A DNA stretch of 40,468 nt from an uncultured Dehalococcoidales bacterium (GTDB taxonomy: Bacteria; Chloroflexota; Dehalococcoidia; Dehalococcoidales; JAUYDJ01): positions 1-40,468 of the forward strand of contig CAYFGR010000002.1 of the NCBI GenBank assembly GCA_964343135.1, in the 5' to 3' direction. Below, piece after piece: positions 17,172 through 25,732 of this stretch. Both the position numbers and the translations under genes were made by a program. Within the stretch, counting starts at the first letter, position 1; each line of letters starts with the position of its first letter. The notes under the pieces are model-generated. The model did not search any database and had not been told where the DNA came from. It was given only the letters and a program-made list of their open reading frames with translations.

Positions 17172-19352
17172 TTGGCTACGGTTGTGATAAGCAGTTTTAA
17201 TCGGTTACTTGAAAGGGCCCGAGAGTATCTTTCTGCGGAGCGGATAGCTCTGGTGGAAGAAGCTTACCATTTTGCCGCCGAGGCACACCAGGGAGAGTGG
17301 CGTAAGTCAGGAGAACCTTATGTGGAGCATCCGCTGCAAACGGCATTAATATTGGCGGAGCTTCAGCTTGACGCCAGTACTCTAGCCGCCGCTCTGCTAC
17401 ACGATATTCCGGAGAATTGCGGGATACCTGTTGCTAGGATTGAGGCTAAATTCGGCTCAGAAATAGGTAAGTTAGTTGAAGGCGCCACCAAGTTGGGGAA
17501 AGTCTCCTGGCAGGCGCCAAAAGCGGTGACTAAGGAAACGCAGGCGGACAACCTGAGAAAGATGCTGGTGGCAATGGCGGAGGACATCCGCGTGGTGTTT
17601 ATTAAATTGGCGGACCGTCTGCATAATATGCGCACCTTAGCGGCTCTGGAAACTAAACAGCAGCTTAGTATTGCTCAGGAAACAATGGAGATATACGCCC
17701 CCCTGGCTAGTCGCCTGGGAATATGGGAACTTAAGTGGCAGCTGGAGGACTTGTCCTTCCGCTATCTGGAATCCAAGGAGTATCACCGTATTGCCCGGCT
17801 GGTCGCCGCCCGGCGTGTTCAGCGAGAGAGTTTCATCACCAGGGTAATTGGGATACTGAAAAAAGAGTTTGACAAAGCTGGGCTGAGCGCTGAGGTCTCG
17901 GGCAGACCCAAACACATCTATAGCATATACCAGAAAATGGAACGCTATGCCACCGACGGCAAGCAGTTTGATGATATCCATGACCGTCTGGCATTCAGGG
18001 TGCTGGTTGGCAGCGTGCCCGATTGTTATAGTGCCGTAGGTGTTATCCACAGCTTGTGGCGCCCGCTTCCGGAGGCGTTTGACGACTATATTGCCAATCC
18101 CAAGCAAAACGGGTATCAGTCGCTGCATACCGTGGTGATGTGCTTCGGTACGACGCCTCTTGAGGTGCAGATACGAACGCGTGAAATGCATCACATTGCT
18201 GAATATGGGGTCGCCGCTCACTGGCGTTATAAAGAAGGCGAGAAGAAAGATCTGAGGTTTGAAGAAAGACTCGCCTGGCTTCGCCAGCTGATTGACTGGC
18301 ACCGTGAACTAAGCGGGTCGGAAGAATTCCTGGAATCAGTCAAAACAGATATATTCATCGACCAGGTTTTCGTGTATACGCCTCAGGGAGAGATAAAGGA
18401 CATGCCGCGGGGCTCGACACCCCTTGATTTTGCTTATCGGGTGCATACTGAACTGGGGCACCGCTGTATCGGTGCCAAGGTAAACGACCGGCTGGTGCCG
18501 CTCGTCTACCAGCTTAATAATGGCGATGTTGTTAAAATTATGGCCGCGAAGGGCAACCGGGGACCGAGCCGTGACTGGCTGAACCCTCACCTCGGTTTTA
18601 TAAAAACCTCTCACTCTAAAGAGAAAATACGGCAGTGGTTCAAGAGGCAGGAACGGACCGAAAATATTGAGCGTGGTCGGCAGATATTAGATAAGCAGTT
18701 AAGGCACCTGGGAATAACAATCGAGCGGGAGGAATTGGCTCGCCTGTTTAATCTTAGTAATGCCGATGACTTTCTGGCGGCTATCGGTTACGGTGGTATC
18801 ACCACCCACCAGATTGTCTTGAAGCTGGCGGCTCAGCAGGAGCCGTCCCGAGAGGTGATGGCGGTTACCCCACCAAAGTCGGCACCATCCGTCGCCCGCG
18901 TGCTGGGGGTTGGGGATTTGGTTACTCGTTTGGCCGAGTGCTGTCATCCGGTACCGGGAGATAATATTATTGGTTATGTAACACGCAGTCGCGGTGTGAC
19001 CATACATCGTCAGGATTGTCACAGCGTGATTAGTGAGGATGAGCCGGAGAGACTGATACCCACGGAATGGGGGAAGACGAGTGCGGCGTATCCGGTTAAT
19101 ATTGAGGTTCAAGCCTGGGATAGAGTAGGCTTGATGCATGATATCACGGCCATTGTGTCTGAGGAAAAGGTAAACATTTCTGCAATAAGCCTCACCCACC
19201 ACGCGGGCCATACTACCTCAATCTTCTTCACTTTTGAGGTAGTCGGTTTAGCCGAGCTAAGCCGACTCTTGGTAAAAATTGAGGGAATTCGTGGGGTGAC
19301 CAGTGTTTTCAGGATAGGGGGCGAATCCACGGCACGGGCTGATTCCCCATAA
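17172..19352 (+). CDS. rel: RelA/SpoT-homolog (p)ppGpp synthetase/hydrolase (long RSH with HD, synthetase, TGS and ACT domains)
   Basis: The HD region is HPLQTALILAEL..LLHDIPEN. Synthetase motifs are GRPKHIYSIYQKM, DRLAFRVLV, GYQSLHT and EVQIRT. TGS is FVYTPQGEIKDMPRGSTPLDFAY, and a C-terminal ACT domain is present. TTG start. Confidence 0.92.
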   Translation: MATVVISSFNRLLERAREYLSAERIALVEEAYHFAAEAHQGEWRKSGEPYVEHPLQTALILAELQLDASTLAAALLHDIPENCGIPVARIEAKFGSEIGKLVEGATKLGKVSWQAPKAVTKETQADNLRKMLVAMAEDIRVVFIKLADRLHNMRTLAALETKQQLSIAQETMEIYAPLASRLGIWELKWQLEDLSFRYLESKEYHRIARLVAARRVQRESFITRVIGILKKEFDKAGLSAEVSGRPKHIYSIYQKMERYATDGKQFDDIHDRLAFRVLVGSVPDCYSAVGVIHSLWRPLPEAFDDYIANPKQNGYQSLHTVVMCFGTTPLEVQIRTREMHHIAEYGVAAHWRYKEGEKKDLRFEERLAWLRQLIDWHRELSGSEEFLESVKTDIFIDQVFVYTPQGEIKDMPRGSTPLDFAYRVHTELGHRCIGAKVNDRLVPLVYQLNNGDVVKIMAAKGNRGPSRDWLNPHLGFIKTSHSKEKIRQWFKRQERTENIERGRQILDKQLRHLGITIEREELARLFNLSNADDFLAAIGYGGITTHQIVLKLAAQQEPSREVMAVTPPKSAPSVARVLGVGDLVTRLAECCHPVPGDNIIGYVTRSRGVTIHRQDCHSVISEDEPERLIPTEWGKTSAAYPVNIEVQAWDRVGLMHDITAIVSEEKVNISAISLTHHAGHTTSIFFTFEVVGLAELSRLLVKIEGIRGVTSVFRIGGESTARADSP

Positions 19353-19384
19353 CTTAATCTAAGAAAAAAATAGGGAGGTGTGTT

Positions 19385-19666
19385 TTGCCACGTAGTAAAT
19401 CAGCTCAGAAACAGGCGCGGTCTTCGGAAAAGAGTCGACTGACAAATAAGTCTGTTCGTACCCAGTGTAAGACAGGAATCCTCAAAGCCGAAAAGCTTAT
19501 CTTCTCCGGCGAGCTGGAGTCGGCTAAGCCAGCGGTGATAGAGGCTATCAGTTCTCTGGACAAAGCGGCGGAGAAAGGAGTTATCCGCTCCAATAATGCC
19601 GCGCGACGAAAATCACGTCTAGTGAAGAAACTAAACGAAACTCAGCCGGTATCTGCGCCGGAATAA
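19385..19666 (+). CDS. rpsT: 30S ribosomal protein S20
   Basis: The sequence shows PRSKSAQKQARSSEKSRLTNKSVRTQCKT... and ...RRKSRLVKKLN. It uses a TTG start 6 nt after GGGAGG. Confidence 0.9.
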   Translation: MPRSKSAQKQARSSEKSRLTNKSVRTQCKTGILKAEKLIFSGELESAKPAVIEAISSLDKAAEKGVIRSNNAARRKSRLVKKLNETQPVSAPE

Positions 19667-19682
19667 TTAAACCGAAAAAGCA

Positions 19683-19731
19683 TTGACAAGAAATGACGGT
19701 TCATGTATCCTGCTAATAGAACAGATGTTCG
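19683..19731 (+). promoter_or_regulatory. lexA promoter with autoregulatory Cheo-type SOS box
   Basis: TTGACA (19683..19688), a 17-nt spacer and TATCCT (19706..19711) form the promoter. The palindromic box TAGAACAGATGTTCG (19717..19731; GAAC-N4-GTTC) lies just downstream of the -10. Confidence 0.7.
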
Positions 19732-19762
19732 TTATACCGCCGTAAACTATTAGGGGTTGTCG

Positions 19763-20404
19763 GTGAAGACACTATCCTCTAAACAGCAAAAAATTATTGA
19801 TTTCATCCAGCAATTTTGGGTAGATAATGGCTATCCACCCACTGTGCGGGAGATAGTCATTGCCTGCGGGATTAGCTCAACATCCGTGGTGGATTATAAC
19901 CTGAGTATACTGGAGCGGGCCGGTTGCCTTCGGCGCCGCCCTGAAGTATCGCGTGGTATTGAGTTACTTTCCCGGTCGAGTCTGCTGAGGCAGCGTCTTC
20001 AAATCCCCATAATCGGTCAAATTGCCGCCGGTGAACCGATACCGGTCCCGGCGCCGGATTTCTGGTACGATACCGCTTCCTTAGAGACGATAGAAGTGAC
20101 CGAAGACCTGGCGAGGGGTAGGGAATGGGTTTATGCCCTGAAAGTGAAGGGAAAATCCATGGTGGATGCCTTAATTAACGATGGTGATATTATCCTGATG
20201 CAGCATGTAAATGCGGTGGAAAACGGGGAGATGGCGGCGGTATGGCTCAAGGTGGAAAAGGAAGTTACCCTGAAGAAGGTCTATCGGGAATCGGGAAGTA
20301 TCCGACTCCAGCCGGCGAATGACCAGATGCAGCCAATATATACCCGGCCCGACGATGTTGAGATTCAGGGGAAAGTTATTGCCGTAATAAGGCAAATGGA
20401 GTAG
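19763..20404 (+). CDS. lexA: LexA repressor (S24 peptidase)
   Basis: It has an N-terminal winged HTH (QQKIIDFIQQFWVDNGYPPTVREI), the cleavage region IAAGEP, and Ser/Lys dyad regions KGKSMVDALI and TLKKV. The GTG at 19763 (AGGGG 6 nt upstream) is preferred over the track TTG at 19757. Confidence 0.9.
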   Translation: MKTLSSKQQKIIDFIQQFWVDNGYPPTVREIVIACGISSTSVVDYNLSILERAGCLRRRPEVSRGIELLSRSSLLRQRLQIPIIGQIAAGEPIPVPAPDFWYDTASLETIEVTEDLARGREWVYALKVKGKSMVDALINDGDIILMQHVNAVENGEMAAVWLKVEKEVTLKKVYRESGSIRLQPANDQMQPIYTRPDDVEIQGKVIAVIRQME

Positions 20405-20570
20405 CTTTCATTTCCGAGGTTTCCCCGGGTACCATAGGGTCCGGGGGTCAGTGTTCCCTTATAATGGCTGATTTGACTTCTCATGGTAATTAGTATACAT
20501 TTCTAGTGTCTTTTATCGGCAGATAGGCGGGACCAATTACATCGTATTACCGTTAACGGAAAAGGAAGTA

Positions 20571-21140
20571 ATGAGTTTATCCCAGTTTCGTAGTATTGGA
20601 CATGACCTCTTCGTGCGTGGGCTTGTTTCCTCCCATAGCGGGAATCTGAGTATCCGGCTGGGCGACCGTCTGATTATTACCCGGCGGGGCAGTCGTCTCA
20701 GTTGTATTAATGAGAATGATTTAATTGAGACCGGGGTAGATAAGAATGACCGGTCTACGCCGCTCGCTTCAAAGGAACTGGTTGTTCATCGGGCTATCTA
20801 TCAGGCAACCACGGCTTTAGCTATCGTTCATGCCCACCCACCGCATACCATTGCCTTATCGCTGACAAAAACGGAGATTGTGCCCAGCGGCGTCGAAGAC
20901 TTCTCGGTAGTCGGTCAGGTTCCCGTCCTCGGTTCGTACGGTGAGGTTGACGTGGAGGGTCTGGCGGAAGTTATCGCTCAGGCGCTAACGAAATGCCATA
21001 TTGTTGTGGTTCGGGGTCACGGTAGTTTTGCCATCGGACAGTTACTTGATGAGGCTTATAATTACACTACCGTGCTAGAGGAAAGCAGCCAGGTTAACTG
21101 CCTGTTAAGGTCGTTGCAAAACGACTCATCCGGAGACTAG
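20571..21140 (+). CDS. Class II aldolase/adducin-family protein (FucA/MtnB-like)
   Basis: [28 protein letters not shown] and [10 protein letters not shown] are typical of the family. Confidence 0.8.
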   Translation: MSLSQFRSIGHDLFVRGLVSSHSGNLSIRLGDRLIITRRGSRLSCINENDLIETGVDKNDRSTPLASKELVVHRAIYQATTALAIVHAHPPHTIALSLTKTEIVPSGVEDFSVVGQVPVLGSYGEVDVEGLAEVIAQALTKCHIVVVRGHGSFAIGQLLDEAYNYTTVLEESSQVNCLLRSLQNDSSGD

Positions 21141-21326
21141 GTTCAGCACTTATCCCGTTTTCTTTTTTACCCCCCCTCCCCCCGCCAGGTTGGCGGATGT
21201 CTTTACCCAGAGTCGGACGAGTGGTAAGATAGGCGGACGGGATGAAGCCAGGCAGGTAGCCGGTAGGTGATTATCGCCATAATCCCGGTAATAATATCAC
21301 TGACTATTATGTAGACTCTCTGCGAC

Positions 21327-22244
21327 TCATTTACTATGAACCGGTCGGCACCATTCCAGATATTTGAGATTACGGCCGCGGATGACATCGAAATAAATGT
21401 TCTGGAGTTTCTTGGTTATCTCACCAATTTTACCGTCCCCGATTTGGCGGTGGTCCACTTCAGTTACAGCGGTAATATTGGCGGCGGTGCCGGTCATAAA
21501 AGCCTCATCAGCGAAGTAGAGTTCACTGCGGACAACCTGTCTTTCCACCACTTCAATCCCGAACTCGTTTCGTGCCAGTTCTATCACGGTATTGCGAGTG
21601 ATACCGGGGAGGACGCTGTTGTACTCGGCGGGTGTAACTAATCTCCCGTCGATGACCAGGAAAATATTCTCACCGCTTCCTTCCGAGACGTAGCCATCGG
21701 GGGTAAGCATAATTGTCTCATGAAAGCCGTTCTCGATAGCCTCGGTTTTGGCAAGGGCATTGTTAGCGTAGAGACCGGTTATCTTAACCTGAGGCGGAAT
21801 GACGTTATCACTGGGACGCCGCCATGAGGAGACGGCGCACTTGATCCTGTCTTCTTTGAGGTAGGGTCCCCATGGGAAAACAAAAACGAGGAAATCACAA
21901 TCCAGGTCATATAGCCGTACGTACAAAGACTCGGAGCTTTTGTATGCCAGGGGGCGGATGTATACGTCTTCCTGGATACCACTCTTCTGCACCAGCTCCG
22001 TTATAATCTGGCAGAGGTCGTCGGCAGTATAGGGTAGGTCCATCTTCATCACCTGGCAGCCACGGAGCAATCTTTGAAAATGTTCCTTCGGGCGGAAGAG
22101 AAAAGTCTGTTTCTGTTCTTCGTTCCAGTTTCCTCTAATACCCTCAAAAACAGCGGTACCGTAGTGGAGGGCATGGGTCATAACCCCAATCTTGGCGTCA
22201 GCTAAGGGCATAAACTTCCCCTGAAAAAAAGCATATGGCGGCAT
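21327..22244 (-). CDS. ilvE: Branched-chain amino acid aminotransferase (fold type IV PLP)
   Basis: Motifs are HALHYGTAVFEGIRGN, AKTEAIENGFHETIMLTPDGYVSEGSGENIFLV and GITRNTVIELA. Confidence 0.9.
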   Translation of the reverse strand: MPPYAFFQGKFMPLADAKIGVMTHALHYGTAVFEGIRGNWNEEQKQTFLFRPKEHFQRLLRGCQVMKMDLPYTADDLCQIITELVQKSGIQEDVYIRPLAYKSSESLYVRLYDLDCDFLVFVFPWGPYLKEDRIKCAVSSWRRPSDNVIPPQVKITGLYANNALAKTEAIENGFHETIMLTPDGYVSEGSGENIFLVIDGRLVTPAEYNSVLPGITRNTVIELARNEFGIEVVERQVVRSELYFADEAFMTGTAANITAVTEVDHRQIGDGKIGEITKKLQNIYFDVIRGRNLKYLEWCRPVHSK

Positions 22245-22502
22245 CTTGGTAAATCTCCTTCCGTTATATGGGTAAGATAGCGTTTATTATATCGTGTTGC
22301 CGTAGTAGAAGACAAGTTATCTTACTTTATGTTAATTGGTACCTTTGGCTGGTAAATCCCTCCCCCGTATCCCCTGTCTTTTAAAGGAGAGGGGGATTAA
22401 TGGGGGGGCTCATATACCCCGTCCGATGATGCTGGACTAAAATTTAAGTTACATGGTATATAATAAAGAATATCCATATTAGTAACCGATTGGAGGTGAC
22501 TT

Positions 22503-22883
22503 ATGCCGGAAGAGTTATCCCGGGAAACGCTGGAGGCATTGCTGGAGGCGCTGCCCACCGACCTGAACTTTGTTGATGAAACCGATACCATCCGGTATCG
22601 CCGGGCTCGCCGAGTATTTCGATCAAAACCGGAAGTAATCGGGCAGAAAGTACAGGACTGCCACTCGGCAGCATCGGTGCCCATGGTAAACTGGATTATC
22701 AGCGATTTTAAGTCAGGGAGGGAAAAAGAATTCGAGTTTTGGAAAGACCGCAAGGGGCGTAAGATATACATCAGGTATTTCCCGGTAAAAGACAAAGCCG
22801 GTAAGTATATCGGTACTCTTGAGGTCATCGAGGATATTACGGATATACGGAAAATAACCGGGGAAAAGACGGAGCTGGATTGA
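22503..22883 (+). CDS. Stand-alone PAS-domain protein of the type normally fused to DUF438/hemerythrin modules
   Basis: LPTDLNFVDETDTIRYRR...VIGQKVQDCHSAASVPMVNWIISDFKSGREKEFEFW...IYIRYFPVKDKAGKYIGTLEVIEDIT. A strong RBS (GGAGGTG) precedes the ATG. Confidence 0.65.
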   Translation: MPEELSRETLEALLEALPTDLNFVDETDTIRYRRARRVFRSKPEVIGQKVQDCHSAASVPMVNWIISDFKSGREKEFEFWKDRKGRKIYIRYFPVKDKAGKYIGTLEVIEDITDIRKITGEKTELD

Positions 22884-22908
22884 GGGGTAGAGTTTGAATT
22901 AAGCAATC

Positions 22909-24132
22909 CTACCTCGACAAATCCGGCGCATGCAGGGTGTAGCCGCCGTCGGTTTCCGGGAAGACATCTTTTAACCGCATGGTACTGCCGGTTTGAATGG
23001 CGGTAAAGCCGTACTTCTTGCGGATACGGTCAATCGCTTTATTTAGCTGCTCTTGTCTTCGGGCAGAAGAGTCCAGCATATCTAACTGCCGGCCCGTCTC
23101 CGTCAGGTTTGATACCCCGATGCCGATAAGGCGGACCGGCTGTCTTTCCTGAGCCAGCGCTTTGGTGAGTAGTTCCAGCCCGATTCTGGTAATAGTCTGG
23201 TCAGTATCGCTGGCTGGCTTCAGGGTATGACTGCGGGTGATGGTGGTGAAATCGGCATACCTCAGCTTCAAGGTGACGCACCGGGCCTGTTTATTCTGTT
23301 GGCGTAGCTGGCTGCCAACCCGTTCGCTGAGATAACGCAGCGTCGTCTTCAGGAAGGAGCGGTCGGCGGTGTCCCGGCCAAAGGTGGTCTCCCGGCTGAT
23401 GGACTTAGCCGCCCCGGGCGGGGTCACCTTTCGGTCGTCAATACCGCTGGCATAGCGATGTAGAAGCTCACCAAACGTACCAAAATAGCTTTTCAGGACG
23501 CTTAACGGTACCAGGGATAGTTCACCACCTATGGTATTAACGCCCAGACCCCTCAAAATTCGTTCCGTCTTCCTGCCGATCCCGGGTAGCTTGGCGATAT
23601 CCAGGGGTGCCAGGAACGAGCCTTCGTCGCCGCTGGTGACCTCCAGCAAACCATCCGGCTTGGATAAATCCGAGGCAACTTTAGCCACAATCTTGGCGCC
23701 GGAAATACCCACCGAGGCGTTAAGCCCCAGTTCGTCTCTGATACGTCGCTTAATAACCTGCGCCATCTGACGAATAGTGCCATAAAGAGATTCAAAACCG
23801 GTTACATCCAGATAGGCTTCATCCAGGCCGCTCGGCTCCAGGAAGGGGGTGAAATCAGCCAGAATCGCCATGAACTTTCGTGAAGCATCGCGATACTTGG
23901 TAAAGCTGCCCTCGATGAAGATAGCCTGGGGGCAGAGACGATAAGCGGTAATCAGCGGCATGCCGGAATGTATCCCAAAACGCCGGGCTTCGTACGATAC
24001 GGCGGCGGCCACCCCGCGGCGCTCCGGTTTGCCGCCCACGATTACCGGCTTGCCCTTAAGCTCGGGGTTGTCAACCTGTTCTACCGAAACAAAGAAGGCA
24101 TCAAGATCAATATGCATAATGGTGCCGGCCAT
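22909..24132 (-). CDS. dinB: DNA polymerase IV (Y-family translesion polymerase)
   Basis: Motifs are MHIDLDAFFVSVEQ, LDEAYLDVTG and SVGISGAKIVAKVASDLSKPDGL. The ATG overlaps the upstream stop (TAATG). Confidence 0.92.
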   Translation of the reverse strand: MAGTIMHIDLDAFFVSVEQVDNPELKGKPVIVGGKPERRGVAAAVSYEARRFGIHSGMPLITAYRLCPQAIFIEGSFTKYRDASRKFMAILADFTPFLEPSGLDEAYLDVTGFESLYGTIRQMAQVIKRRIRDELGLNASVGISGAKIVAKVASDLSKPDGLLEVTSGDEGSFLAPLDIAKLPGIGRKTERILRGLGVNTIGGELSLVPLSVLKSYFGTFGELLHRYASGIDDRKVTPPGAAKSISRETTFGRDTADRSFLKTTLRYLSERVGSQLRQQNKQARCVTLKLRYADFTTITRSHTLKPASDTDQTITRIGLELLTKALAQERQPVRLIGIGVSNLTETGRQLDMLDSSARRQEQLNKAIDRIRKKYGFTAIQTGSTMRLKDVFPETDGGYTLHAPDLSR

Positions 24133-24323
24133 TACTCACCTCGGGAAATAAAGACTCTTACCCGGCGTTCGAAAACAGGCCGCTCCAGGAGAACACGGTG
24201 CTGGCATTTTAGACATTTAATTCCGATGTCGGCACCGAGCCTGACTACCCGCCAGTCATAGCTGCCACAGGGGTGTTTCTTCTTGAGGCGCACCACATCA
24301 CCCAGCTTTATTTCCATGACCAT
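24132..24323 (-). CDS. DUF951-family small protein (HPCGS...CxxC, possible zinc binding)
   Basis: 63 aa: [54 protein letters not shown]. It matches my memory of the DUF951 pattern GDxVxLKKxHPCGSxxWxVxRxGADIxIKCxxCxH. It is translationally coupled to dinB. Confidence 0.65.
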   Translation of the reverse strand: MVMEIKLGDVVRLKKKHPCGSYDWRVVRLGADIGIKCLKCQHRVLLERPVFERRVRVFISRGE

Positions 24324-24331
24324 GGCTGTCG

Positions 24332-25195
24332 CTATGCAGCTTCCAGGGGGTATTGGGTGGGGAGAGTGGACAGGTAATAGTTAATCTGGTCTCGTAGCTC
24401 TGAGGCAACACGCCGCGCCGCCTCGGGAAAATCCTTTCCCCGTGAAGCGTATATAATCTGCCGGGACGAACTGATAATCGCCATTTCCCGCTTGGCATTA
24501 ACCCCGTAGCGGACGGCGGAGGGTAGCTCACCGCCCTGGGCGCCGATACCCGGTATGAGCAGGGGCATATCGGGATACCACTGCCGCATCATTCTTAGTT
24601 CTTCAGGGTAGGTGGCGCCAATAACCAGTCCGATATTACCGTTGAAATTCCAGAGTTTGGCTTTTTCGGCAACTATCTCAAAAAGGGGGCGCTGCCGCCG
24701 CTCCGTTTCAAACTGAAACAATACTTCAGTCTCGCAGCGGAGAGACTGAAAATCAACCGCCCCCGGGTTTGATGTCCGGCATAAGATAAACACCCCGTTA
24801 TCACGATACTGGATAAAGGGCTCTATCGAGTCAAACCCCAGATACGGATTCACGGTAGCGGCATCAAAGTTAAAGGTGGAATAAATCGTCTTGGCGTAGG
24901 CTTTAGCGGTATTGCCGATATCTCCCAGCTTGGCGTCGCCGATAATCGGGATGTTATCGGGCACACATTTGGCGATTTGCCTCATGGCATCAATGCCGTC
25001 GATGCCCAGTACTTCAAAAAATGCCAGGTTAAACTTAAAAGCACATACTAAATCGGCGGTAGCTTCAACAATCGCCTTGCCGAATTCCAGGACGCTAACG
25101 TCTTCCGGCATCAGTTCCGGGTCAGGGTCAAGCCCGACGCAGAGCAAACTGCTGTTGGTCTGAGATGCTGTCAACAACTTTTTTACAAAATTCAT
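24332..25195 (-). CDS. pyrF: Orotidine 5'-phosphate decarboxylase (type 2, long form)
   Basis: Motifs are [23 protein letters not shown] and [14 protein letters not shown]. The GGGAGGTG RBS is present. Confidence 0.9.
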   Translation of the reverse strand: MNFVKKLLTASQTNSSLLCVGLDPDPELMPEDVSVLEFGKAIVEATADLVCAFKFNLAFFEVLGIDGIDAMRQIAKCVPDNIPIIGDAKLGDIGNTAKAYAKTIYSTFNFDAATVNPYLGFDSIEPFIQYRDNGVFILCRTSNPGAVDFQSLRCETEVLFQFETERRQRPLFEIVAEKAKLWNFNGNIGLVIGATYPEELRMMRQWYPDMPLLIPGIGAQGGELPSAVRYGVNAKREMAIISSSRQIIYASRGKDFPEAARRVASELRDQINYYLSTLPTQYPLEAA

Positions 25196-25732
25196 CAGCC
25201 ACCTCCCGACACCGGGCTTTCGCTAAAGTTAACTTGATAATATCAGTCGCCACGGCTAGCGTCAAGTGGTGAAAGAATATTGGCGTTACTGCTTTATAGA
25301 CTCAAGAGGAGGCTGACTATAACGAGTTCGTGCCCCTTGAGAACGTTTATATCACGGGATAGTGTCTTGGTTGTTAGTTTAGACTGATGGATTTGATGAA
25401 AACAAAGACTAGGGTGTATTATTGAATTTAATAAAGACAGCACCATTCCACTTATTGGGATTGATAATAGTAAAATTAATGTATCTTTACAGGATTCAAT
25501 TATAGGCATAATAAGAGTATTGGATGGGAATAAAAGAGCGATTGAGATTAGGGACTTCATTACGAATTACAAAATAAAAAGGGGGCGTTTTTTTGAATTC
25601 GGAAAAACGTAGTGCTTGTGGCGTCTTATCCTCAAGCATATTGTAAAAATGGATCTTTTCGGGTTGTCTAATAGAAACTAGAAAGCACTAGCGCCAAGTT
25701 TTGCGTTTTGGCTAACATCGGAATTAATCATA

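Noticed and set aside
17637-18302. 221-aa minus-strand ORF (also 17363..17635, 18336..18614, 18699..19211, 19109..19330)
   Set aside because: All lie antisense inside the well-supported rel gene. They are shadow ORFs.
20420-20450. Hairpin CCCCGG-12 nt-CCGGGG after lexA as a terminator
   Set aside because: It has a 6-bp stem, a large loop and no following T-tract. It cannot be supported as a terminator.
21203-21388. 61-aa minus-strand ORF
   Set aside because: It overlaps the ilvE 3' end out of frame and extends into the spacer, with no RBS.
22355-22398. Imperfect inverted repeat AATCCCTCCCC...GGAGAGGGGGATT in the ilvE/PAS divergent spacer
   Set aside because: Only about 8 pairs form, including a G-U wobble and mismatches. 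That is too weak to call a regulatory hairpin.
22397-22906. 169-aa minus-strand ORF
   Set aside because: It is the antisense shadow of the PAS gene (22503..22883). It is low-complexity and Ser-rich, with no RBS.
25294-25560. 88-aa hydrophobic minus-strand ORF in the AT-rich spacer
   Set aside because: It has low-complexity Leu/Ile/Ser composition expected from AT-rich DNA, with no RBS and no homology recognised. I kept it only as part of the boundary observation.
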